Positions 56,301-64,000 of a DNA stretch of 64,000 nucleotides are shown one piece after another (position 1 is the stretch's first letter; the number at the start of each line of letters is the position of its first letter). Under the pieces are notes generated by a model. It was not told where the DNA came from. It ran no database searches and saw only the letters and a program-made list of their open reading frames with translations. The stretch is from Antedon mediterranea (Eukaryota; Animalia; Echinodermata), in NCBI RefSeq assembly GCF_964355755.1, contig NC_092672.1, forward strand, positions 38,074,437 through 38,138,436, in the 5' to 3' direction. The position numbers and the translations under genes are program-made.

Positions 56301-59300
56301 TCCTGCCAGTGTGTTAATGGTCGTGTAGAATGCGTAGCAGAAAATTGTGATTTGAATGCGGATTGTAATATTCGTAACGGTGAACGAGGCTGTTACTGTA
56401 GAGATGGCTGGACGACTGGTGAGGATGGCAGCTGTAGTAGAGGTAAGTTATAATATCGTTACTTGTACTAAAAAAGACGTGGTATAGGTATCTAAGACAA
56501 TATTCAAATATTCCATGTTTATAGACTCTAGCTCTTCAAACTTTGTTTTATGTTTCAGCTCCTGCATATTGTACAGTCTGGGGAGATCCCCACTATTTGA
56601 CATTCGACGATAGACGACACAACTTCCAAGGAGTTTGTGAGTACACTCTTGTCACCGACTGTAGAAATGATAACAGTCAACGCCCAAGATTCCAAGTGAC
56701 CGGACTCAACGTCAAGAACAAACCATCTCAACGTGTGTCTTATACACGACAAATAAACTTCCATTACGCTAACCACACATTTACGCTGTTACAACGTGGT
56801 GAGGTTCGCTACAATGGTGTCACTTTTACACCTCCACTCAGTACCAGCGATGGTGTTTATATAATCAGCAATGGTGTATACGTGGTAAGATGTTTTATTG
56901 ACAATTAGTTTACATACATTTTATTTGCACTGTATTTGTAACTCGAGAGATTAACTTCATTTTGTTATTTTTATTACTCAGTTACTTTGGACCGATTTTA
57001 ACTTGGTTATCCGATGGGACGGATCCAGTACTGTAGAGATTCAACTACCATACGAATATTGGAACACCACTTGCGGACTATGCGGTGATTTTGACAGTAA
57101 TAAAGGAAACGATTTAGACTTCCAACGAGATGGTTCACCAGTAAGATAATATATTTTGTTGAATTGTTTTATATTTGACATTGTCTTTGTCTATAATAAG
57201 ACATTAAAATCATATTAATTTTATTTATTTAGGCTAGAGACGAGGTAGAATTTGGAAACAGCTGGGTTGTTGAAGGAACAGAATGTGACGATTCTGGTAT
57301 AATTATTGTCGATCCGTGCTCAGAAGAGGAAGCACCTTATAAGGCAGCTGAAGATCTCTGTTATGCATTGATCTCGCCCACAGGTGCTCTTGTAAGTTGT
57401 CATGAGATTGTTGATCCTGACAACTACTACGAGGCATGCCTTTACGATCTCTGTGCAACGCTGCCGGACGACAATATATTATGTGGCCATTTACAAGAAT
57501 ATGCACAAGCATGCCGAGAACGTGGAGGTTCACCTGGAAATTGGCGAGAGGAAACACCTCAGTGTCGTAAGTATAAACATAATAATGTGTTTACATACGA
57601 AATACAATATCACCTGTCCATTACGAATGTTTATTTCAAGGTGTCATGTTTATTACTTCCTAAGCTATGGAATGTGAAGCTGAAAGAGTGTACAATCCAT
57701 GTGCTACTGCTTGTCCATTGACTTGTGCCGACTCTGATGGAACTGATGATTGTCCAGGTGCGTGTATTGAAACATGTGAATGTCCAGAAGGAACCGTGTT
57801 AGATGGAAATACGTGTATTGCACCATCTCAGTGTGGTTGTTCACAAGGTGGATTTTACTACTCGGTAAGAATTTATAAATTTTTAGGACGCTTTATTCAA
57901 AGTGCTCGTTTTCTCCAAAGTATCAGAAATGATTTAATGTCCATGGCTTGCTAACTAACTAGTATATTGTACTATATTTACTGTAGCCTGGAGACAGTTG
58001 GATAACTGAAGACTGTTCACTGTCCTGCCAGTGTGTTGATGGTCGTGTAGAATGCGTAGCAGAAAATTGTGATTTGAATGCGGATTGTAATATTCGTAAC
58101 GGTGAACGAGGCTGTTACTGTAGAGATGGCTGGACGACTGGTGAGGATGGCAGCTGTAGTAGAGGTAAGTTATAATATCGTTACTTGTACTAAAAAAAGA
58201 CGTGGTATAGGTATCTAAGACAATATTCAAATATTCCATGTTTATAGACTCTAGCTCTTCAAACTTTGTTTTATGTTTCAGCTCCTGCATATTGTACAGT
58301 CTGGGGAGATCCCCACTATTTGACATTCGACGATAGACGACACAACTTCCAAGGAGTTTGTGAGTACACTCTTGTCACCGACTGTAGAAATGATAACAGT
58401 CAACGCCCAAGATTCCAAGTGACCGGACTCAACGTCAAGAACAAACCATCTCAACGTGTGTCTTATACACGACAAATAAACTTCCATTACGCTAACCACA
58501 CATTTACGCTGTTACAACGTGGTGAGGTTCGCTACAATGGTGTCACTTTTACACCTCCACTCAGTACCAGCGATGGTGTTTATATAATCAGCAATGGTGT
58601 ATACGTGGTAAGATGTTTTATTGACAATTAGTTTACATACATTTTATTTGCACTGTATTTGTAACTCGAGAGATTAACTTCATTTTGTTATTTTTATTAC
58701 TCAGTTACTTTGGACCGATTTTAACTTGGTTATCCGATGGGACGGATCCAGTACTGTAGAGATTCAACTACCATACGAATATTGGAACACCACTTGCGGA
58801 CTATGCGGTGATTTTGACAGTAATAAAGGAAACGATTTAGACTTCCAACGAGATGGTTCACCAGTAAGATAATATATTTTGTTGAATTGTTTTATATTTG
58901 ACATTGTCTTCGTCTATAATAAGACATTAAAATCATATTAATTTTATTTATTTAGGCTAGAGACGAGGTAGAATTTGGAAACAGCTGGGTTGTTGAAGGA
59001 ACAGAATGTGACGATTCTGGTATAATTATTGTCGATCCGTGCTCAGAAGAGGAAGCACCTTATAAGGCAGCTGAAGATCTCTGTTATGCATTGATCTCGC
59101 CCACAGGTGCTCTTGTAAGTTGTCATGAGATTGTTGATCCTGACAACTACTACGAGGCATGCCTTTACGATCTCTGTGCAACGCTGCCGGACGACAATAT
59201 ATTATGTGGCCATTTACAAGAATATGCACAAGCATGCCGAGAACGTGGAGGTTCACCTGGAAATTGGCGAGAGGAAACACCTCAGTGTCGTAAGTATAAA

Positions 59301-62300
59301 CATAATAATGTGTTTACATACGAAATACAATATCACCTGTCCATTACGAATGTTTATTTCAAGGTGTCATGTTTATTACTTCCTAAGCTATGGAATGTGA
59401 AGCTGAAAGAGTGTACAATCCATGTGCTACTGCTTGTCCATTGACTTGTGCCGACTCTGATGGAACTGATGATTGTCCAGGTGCGTGTATTGAAACATGT
59501 GAATGTCCAGAAGGAACCGTGTTAGATGGAAATACGTGTATTGCACCATCTCAGTGTGGTTGTTCACAAGGTGGATTTTACTACTCGGTAAGAATTTATA
59601 AATTTTTAGGACGCTTTATTCAAAGTGCTCGTTTTCTCCAAAGTATCAGAAATGATTTAATGTCCATGGCTTGCTAACTAACTAGTATATTGTACTATAT
59701 TTACTGTAGCCTGGAGACAGTTGGATAACTGAAGACTGTTCACTGTCCTGCCAGTGTGTTAATGGTCGTGTAGAATGCGTAGCAGAAAATTGTGATTTGA
59801 ATGCGGATTGTAATATTCGTAACGGTGAACGAGGCTGTTACTGTAGAGATGGCTGGACGACTGGTGAGGATGGCAGCTGTAGTAGAGGTAAGTTATAATA
59901 TCGTTACTTGTACTAAAAAAGACGTGGTATAGGTATCTAAGACAATATTCAAATATTCCATGTTTATAGACTCTAGCTCTTCAAACTTTGTTTTATGTTT
60001 CAGCTCCTGCATATTGTACAGTCTGGGGAGATCCCCACTATTTGACATTCGACGATAGACGACACAACTTCCAAGGAGTTTGTGAGTACACTCTTGTCAC
60101 CGACTGTAGAAATGATAACAGTCAACGCCCAAGATTCCAAGTGACCGGACTCAACGTCAAGAACAAACCATCTCAACGTGTGTCTTATACACGACAAATA
60201 AACTTCCATTACGCTAACCACACATTTACGCTGTTACAACGTGGTGAGGTTCGCTACAATGGTGTCACTTTTACACCTCCACTCAGTACCAGCGATGGTG
60301 TTTATATAATCAGCAATGGTGTATACGTGGTAAGATGTTTTATTGACAATTAGTTTACATACATTTTATTTGCACTGTATTTGTAACTCGAGAGATTAAC
60401 TTCATTTTGTTATTTTTATTACTCAGTTACTTTGGACCGATTTTAACTTGGTTATCCGATGGGACGGATCCAGTACTGTAGAGATTCAACTACCATACGA
60501 ATATTGGAACACCACTTGCGGACTATGCGGTGATTTTGACAGTAATAAAGGAAACGATTTAGACTTCCAACGAGATGGTTCACCAGTAAGATAATATATT
60601 TTGTTGAATTGTTTTATATTTGACATTGTCTTTGTCTATAATAAGACATTAAAATCATATTAATTTTATTTATTTAGGCTAGAGACGAGGTAGAATTTGG
60701 AAACAGCTGGGTTGTTGAAGGAACAGAATGTGACGATTCTGGTATAATTATTGTCGATCCGTGCTCAGAAGAGGAAGCACCTTATAAGGCAGCTGAAGAT
60801 CTCTGTTATGCATTGATCTCGCCCACAGGTGCTCTTGTAAGTTGTCATGAGATTGTTGATCCTGACAACTACTACGAGGCATGCCTTTACGATCTCTGTG
60901 CAACGCTGCCGGACGACAATATATTATGTGGCCATTTACAAGAATATGCACAAGCATGCCGAGAACGTGGAGGTTCACCTGGAAATTGGCGAGAGGAAAC
61001 ACCTCAGTGTCGTAAGTATAAACATAATAATGTGTTTACATACGAAATACAATATCACCTGTCCATTACGAATGTTTATTTCAAGGTGTCATGTTTATTA
61101 CTTCCTAAGCTATGGAATGTGAAGCTGAAAGAGTGTACAATCCATGTGCTACTGCTTGTCCATTGACTTGTGCCGACTCTGATGGAACTGATGATTGTCC
61201 AGGTGCGTGTATTGAAACATGTGAATGTCCAGAAGGAACCGTGTTAGATGGAAATACGTGTATTGCACCATCTCAGTGTGGTTGTTCACAAGGTGGATTT
61301 TACTACTCGGTAAGAATTTATAAATTTTTAGGACGCTTTATTCAAAGTGCTCGTTTTCTCCAAAGTATCAGAAATGATTTAATGTCCATGGCTTGCTAAC
61401 TAACTAGTATATTGTACTATATTTACTGTAGCCTGGAGACAGTTGGATAACTGAAGACTGTTCACTGTCCTGCCAGTGTGTTGATGGTCGTGTAGAATGC
61501 GTAGCAGAAAATTGTGATTTGAATGCGGATTGTAATATTCGTAACGGTGAACGAGGCTGTTACTGTAGAGATGGCTGGACGACTGGTGAGGATGGCAGCT
61601 GTAGTAGAGGTAAGTTATAATATCGTTACTTGTACTAAAAAAAGACGTGGTATAGGTATCTAAGACAATATTCAAATATTCCATGTTTATAGACTCTAGC
61701 TCTTCAAACTTTGTTTTATGTTTCAGCTCCTGCATATTGTACAGTCTGGGGAGATCCCCACTATTTGACATTCGACGATAGACGACACAACTTCCAAGGA
61801 GTTTGTGAGTACACTCTTGTCACCGACTGTAGAAATGATAACAGTCAACGCCCAAGATTCCAAGTGACCGGACTCAACGTCAAGAACAAACCATCTCAAC
61901 GTGTGTCTTATACACGACAAATAAACTTCCATTACGCTAACCACACATTTACGCTGTTACAACGTGGTGAGGTTCGCTACAATGGTGTCACTTTTACACC
62001 TCCACTCAGTACCAGCGATGGTGTTTATATAATCAGCAATGGTGTATACGTGGTAAGATGTTTTATTGACAATTAGTTTACATACATTTTATTTGCACTG
62101 TATTTGTAACTCGAGAGATTAACTTCATTTTGTTATTTTTATTACTCAGTTACTTTGGACCGATTTTAACTTGGTTATCCGATGGGACGGATCCAGTACT
62201 GTAGAGATTCAACTACCATACGAATATTGGAACACCACTTGCGGACTATGCGGTGATTTTGACAGTAATAAAGGAAACGATTTAGACTTCCAACGAGATG

Positions 62301-64000
62301 GTTCACCAGTAAGATAATATATTTTGTTGAATTGTTTTATATTTGACATTGTCTTCGTCTATAATAAGACATTAAAATCATATTAATTTTATTTATTTAG
62401 GCTAGAGACGAGGTAGAATTTGGAAACAGCTGGGTTGTTGAAGGAACAGAATGTGACGATTCTGGTATAATTATTGTCGATCCGTGCTCAGAAGAGGAAG
62501 CACCTTATAAGGCAGCTGAAGATCTCTGTTATGCATTGATCTCGCCCACAGGTGCTCTTGTAAGTTGTCATGAGATTGTTGATCCTGACAACTACTACGA
62601 GGCATGCCTTTACGATCTCTGTGCAACGCTGCCGGACGACAATATATTATGTGGCCATTTACAAGAATATGCACAAGCATGCCGAGAACGTGGAGGTTCA
62701 CCTGGAAATTGGCGAGAGGAAACACCTCAGTGTCGTAAGTATAAACATAATAATGTGTTTACATACGAAATACAATATCACCTGTCCATTACGAATGTTT
62801 ATTTCAAGGTGTCATGTTTATTACTTCCTAAGCTATGGAATGTGAAGCTGAAAGAGTGTACAATCCATGTGCTACTGCTTGTCCATTGACTTGTGCCGAC
62901 TCTGATGGAACTGATGATTGTCCAGGTGCGTGTATTGAAACATGTGAATGTCCAGAAGGAACCGTGTTAGATGGAAATACGTGTATTGCACCATCTCAGT
63001 GTGGTTGTTCACAAGGTGGATTTTACTACTCGGTAAGAATTTATAAATTTTTAGGACGCTTTATTCAAAGTGCTCGTTTTCTCCAAAGTATCAGAAATGA
63101 TTTAATGTCCATGGCTTGCTAACTAACTAGTATATTGTACTATATTTACTGTAGCCTGGAGACAGTTGGATAACTGAAGACTGTTCACTGTCCTGCCAGT
63201 GTGTTAATGGTCGTGTAGAATGCGTAGCAGAAAATTGTGATTTGAATGCGGATTGTAATATTCGTAACGGTGAACGAGGCTGTTACTGTAGAGATGGCTG
63301 GACGACTGGTGAGGATGGCAGCTGTAGTAGAGGTAAGTTATAATATCGTTACTTGTACTAAAAAAGACGTGGTATAGGTATCTAAGACAATATTCAAATA
63401 TTCCATGTTTATAGACTCTAGCTCTTCAAACTTTGTTTTATGTTTCAGCTCCTGCATATTGTACAGTCTGGGGAGATCCCCACTATTTGACATTCGACGA
63501 TAGACGACACAACTTCCAAGGAGTTTGTGAGTACACTCTTGTCACCGACTGTAGAAATGATAACAGTCAACGCCCAAGATTCCAAGTGACCGGACTCAAC
63601 GTCAAGAACAAACCATCTCAACGTGTGTCTTATACACGACAAATAAACTTCCATTACGCTAACCACACATTTACGCTGTTACAACGTGGTGAGGTTCGCT
63701 ACAATGGTGTCACTTTTACACCTCCACTCAGTACCAGCGATGGTGTTTATATAATCAGCAATGGTGTATACGTGGTAAGATGTTTTATTGACAATTAGTT
63801 TACATACATTTTATTTGCACTGTATTTGTAACTCGAGAGATTAACTTCATTTTGTTATTTTTATTACTCAGTTACTTTGGACCGATTTTAACTTGGTTAT
63901 CCGATGGGACGGATCCAGTACTGTAGAGATTCAACTACCATACGAATATTGGAACACCACTTGCGGACTATGCGGTGATTTTGACAGTAATAAAGGAAAC
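1..64000 (+). CDS. Giant multi-exon FCGBP/zonadhesin/alpha-tectorin-like gene (VWD-C8-TIL-TILa/EGF modules, EGF repeats, FN3); both ends outside the window
   Basis: Chain of GT-AG exons in compatible phases across the window, with recurrent GDPHY, CGLCG, C8 (CHxxxDPxxYYxxCxYDxC) and TIL cysteine patterns. One in-frame TGA at 47524-47526. Confidence 0.9.
1352..1494. mobile_element. MITE (palindromic, TA-flanked)
   Basis: TIRs TAAAGCTCTGTCTACATTATCAAACT ... AGTTTGATAGTGCAGACAGAGCTTTA, with further internal inverted repeats. Confidence 0.85.
1881..1954. repeat. 35-bp perfect tandem duplication
   Basis: TCACAGATGATGGGCCGAAGACGAGAGCTAGTTCA at 1881-1915 and 1916-1950, plus TCAC. Confidence 0.95.
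3659..3682. repeat. (AT)n microsatellite
   Basis: About 12 AT units near the 3' end of the Penelope-like fragment. Confidence 0.9.
3809..3845 (-). ncRNA. Minimal type I hammerhead ribozyme motif (Penelope-associated)
   Basis: Minus strand reads GCA-UUGAUGA-A-GGGC-UAGUGUU-GCCC-GAAAGCUC-UGC: stem I GCA/UGC, stem II GGGC/GCCC, palindromic AGCU in stem III. It lies 3' of the GIY-YIG ORF. Confidence 0.72.
4072..4461 (-). pseudogene. GIY-YIG endonuclease domain of the Penelope-like element
   Basis: VIY...YVGET...R..QH...HF...H motifs and a C-terminal LKTxxPYGLN. The upstream part is frameshifted and the RT is absent. Confidence 0.85.
5708..5885. mobile_element. MITE with TIR TAAAGCTTGGTTTCCACTA
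   Basis: TAAAGCTTGGTTTCCACTA...CAACGCAAGGAC at the left end and GTCCTTGCGTTG...TAGTGGTAACCAAGCTTTA at the right. Degenerate relatives occur near 10804-10909 and 17506-17620. Confidence 0.82.
6149..7243 (+). CDS. Five EGF / calcium-binding EGF repeats (4 exons)
   Basis: Phase-1 exons 6149-6376 (2 [13 protein letters not shown]), 6546-6659, 6807-6920 and 7130-7243 (114 nt each). Confidence 0.9.
7251..7325 (+). repeat. Degenerate intronic copy of part of the preceding EGF exon
   Basis: 7251-7325 matches 7156-7230 (TGTCAGAATAA.GGAAC.TGTAACAACAGAATTGAGTATTACGAA...TTTATGGGTAGA). Confidence 0.9.
7373..10780 (+). CDS. Module 2 (VWD-C8-TIL-TILa/EGF), 7 exons
   Basis: Exons 7373-7581 ([14 protein letters not shown]), 8039-8143, 8476-8637 (CGLCGNYN), 8987-9146, 9690-9869, 10142-10344, 10600-10780. 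Confidence 0.88.
9161..9340. mobile_element. Possible degenerate pogo/Tigger-like MITE
   Basis: CAGTTAACTCTTCCAATACTGGACACT at the left versus AGAGTCCGGTATTTGGAAAGTCGA at the right (imperfect inverted match). Confidence 0.4.
10363..10430 (+). mobile_element. Possible tRNA-derived SINE head
   Basis: A-box-like TAGCTTTGTGATTAA and B-box GGTTCAATCCC preceded by CCGAAGGTCCAG. No intact cloverleaf. Confidence 0.35.
11316..14206 (+). CDS. Six EGF repeats (5 exons)
   Basis: Phase-1 exons 11316-11537 (2 EGF), 11768-11878, 12252-12365, 12640-12765 and 14093-14206, with the DINEC/DIDEC...PC.N.G.C...C.C..GF.G..CE pattern. Confidence 0.88.
12381..12562 (-). mobile_element. Short L2-type LINE 3' remnant
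   Basis: Minus strand translates [23 protein letters not shown], followed by a GCGCCTTGAG...GGCGCTATATG tail resembling that of the element at 13.8 kb. Confidence 0.7.
13270..13848 (+). mobile_element. L2-clade LINE 3' fragment
   Basis: ORF 13322-13768 ([11 protein letters not shown]...[12 protein letters not shown]...[18 protein letters not shown]...[10 protein letters not shown]) followed by AAAGCGCCATGAG...GCGCTATATAA and an (ATT)n tail. The 5' boundary is approximate. Confidence 0.85.
14630..15503 (+). CDS. Two fibronectin type III-like exons, each ending in a short CxxGxxGxNC-type motif
   Basis: Exons 14630-14947 (SFTIGW...FQYR...[11 protein letters not shown]...[11 protein letters not shown]) and 15195-15503 (TSLSVTW...IQYR...[11 protein letters not shown]...[12 protein letters not shown]), both phase 1-1. 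Confidence 0.78.
15888..16025. repeat. Near-perfect inverted repeat with 65-bp arms and an 8-nt spacer (probable head-to-head Penelope pLTR remnant)
   Basis: 15888-15952 is the reverse complement of 15961-16025 with few mismatches. A 15-bp direct repeat TATTGTATACTAATT occurs at 15851-15865 and 16026-16040. Confidence 0.9.
15956..15996 (+). ncRNA. Minimal type I hammerhead ribozyme motif (U3/A8 core variant)
   Basis: GAUC-UUGAAAA-U-GGU-UCUAUGAUGGU-ACC-GAAACGUC-GAUC: stem I GAUC/GAUC, stem II GGU/ACC, palindromic ACGU in stem III. Confidence 0.65.
16095..19626 (+). CDS. Module 3 (VWD-C8-TIL-TILa/EGF), 7 exons
   Basis: Exons 16095-16309 ([14 protein letters not shown]), 16581-16685, 17063-17218 (CGLCGNFD), 17793-17940, 18184-18360, 18852-19060, 19449-19626. 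Confidence 0.88.
18600..18702. mobile_element. Second, partly deleted copy of the 1352 MITE family in the opposite orientation
   Basis: Begins TAAAGCTCTGTCTACACTATCAAA; the internal ATATGGTGGTGATATGACATCATCATG is a near reverse complement of the 1352 copy; ends AGTTTGATAGTGTA. Confidence 0.8.
19856..22255 (+). CDS. Module 4 (VWD-C8-TIL-TILa/EGF), 5 exons
   Basis: Exons 19856-20175 ([14 protein letters not shown]), 20535-20690, 20918-21245, 21576-21772, 22081-22255. The last exon is already array-A type. Confidence 0.88.
21814..21980. mobile_element. MITE with degenerate TIR (TTTTCCACTA / TAATGGAAAA) and an internal TTCGCGCGAA inverted repeat
   Basis: TAAAACTCTCTTTTCCACTAGGCGAAT..TTCGCGCGAATCGAA at the left and TTCGATTCGCGCGAA..ATTCG.TAATGGAAAACAGGCTTTA at the right. 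Confidence 0.7.
22348..47862 (+). CDS. Array A coding modules: 13 x 395 aa VWD-C8-TIL-TILa/EGF
   Basis: Unit 1 exons: 22348-22670, 22767-22925, 23040-23367, 23457-23656, 23772-23946 (1185 nt). Units start at 22348, 24039, 25730, 27415, 29104, 30788, 32471, 34177, 35865, 37571, 39261, 44590 and 46275. Confidence 0.9.
39925..43570 (+). mobile_element. 5'-truncated non-LTR retrotransposon (CR1/L2 group, Crack/Daphne-like) inserted in an intron of array A unit 11
   Basis: Interrupts the shared intron motif TTGCG|ATTTTGAG, with ATT on both sides (39922-24 and 43571-73). Carries APE endonuclease and RT ORFs and a 3' (AAATG)n tail. Confidence 0.93.
40308..43290 (+). pseudogene. LINE ORF2 (APE endonuclease + reverse transcriptase) with one frameshift near 41810
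   Basis: 40308-41828 has HFNIRSM, GLTETWL, GGGVAIY, VYRPP, MGDFN, KPTR, LLDNIF and SNHFPI. 41932-43290 has [34 protein letters not shown] and KFLGI. The frame changes in an A-run just before the SPGFDGI motif. Confidence 0.9.
47951..64000 (+). repeat. Tandem array B, period about 1721-1723 bp, at least 10 units, running off the window end
   Basis: Identical ORFs recur at 49656, 51377, 53100, 54821, 56543, 58266, 59988, 61711 and 63433; the first unit (47932) is slightly divergent. Confidence 0.97.
47957..64000 (+). CDS. Array B coding modules: 9 complete plus 1 partial, 399 aa VWD-C8-TIL-TILa/EGF
   Basis: Unit 1 exons: 47957-48282, 48380-48538, 48627-48960, 49056-49255, 49378-49555 (1197 nt). 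Units start at 47957, 49672, 51393, 53116, 54837, 56559, 58282, 60004, 61727 and 63449. Confidence 0.9.

Noticed and set aside
22001-63666. Many recurring minus-strand and off-frame ORFs (e.g. [11 protein letters not shown]..., [11 protein letters not shown]..., [11 protein letters not shown]...)
   Set aside because: They are shadows of the repeated + strand exons, show no recognisable motifs, and recur only because the DNA is repeated.
22083-64000. Arrays read as clusters of separate small genes or as a CRISPR-like/diversity cassette system
   Set aside because: Units have no start codon/signal-peptide exon or regular stop, and they join in phase 1. There are no spacers, and no recombination signals or recombinase gene were seen.

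Overview
AT-rich metazoan genomic DNA, probably from a marine invertebrate (inference). The whole window lies inside one very large, intron-containing, + strand gene for a secreted or extracellular FCGBP/zonadhesin/alpha-tectorin-like protein; neither its start nor its end is visible. I traced GT-AG exons by eye in consistent phase. The order is: [VWD-C8-TIL-TILa/EGF] module 1, 5 EGF, module 2, 6 EGF, 2 FN3-like exons, modules 3 and 4, then two homogenised tandem arrays of a 5-exon module. Array A has 13 units (period about 1.69 kb, 395 aa each, 22.1-47.9 kb). Array B has at least 10 units (period about 1.72 kb, 399 aa each, 47.95 kb to the window end). Exons and introns are both near-identical within each array. 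This gives roughly 11,000 codons and 27 VWD domains, 26 of them showing a GDPH autocleavage motif. Oddities: an in-frame TGA in the last A unit at the A/B junction; a 3.6 kb CR1/L2-group LINE in one intron of array A; mosaic and dimeric higher-order structure in the arrays; and loss of two introns per module ahead of the arrays. Upstream introns carry a Penelope-like GIY-YIG fragment, two minimal hammerhead-ribozyme motifs (one inside a 65-bp-arm palindrome), L2 fragments and several MITEs. All coordinates were read manually.
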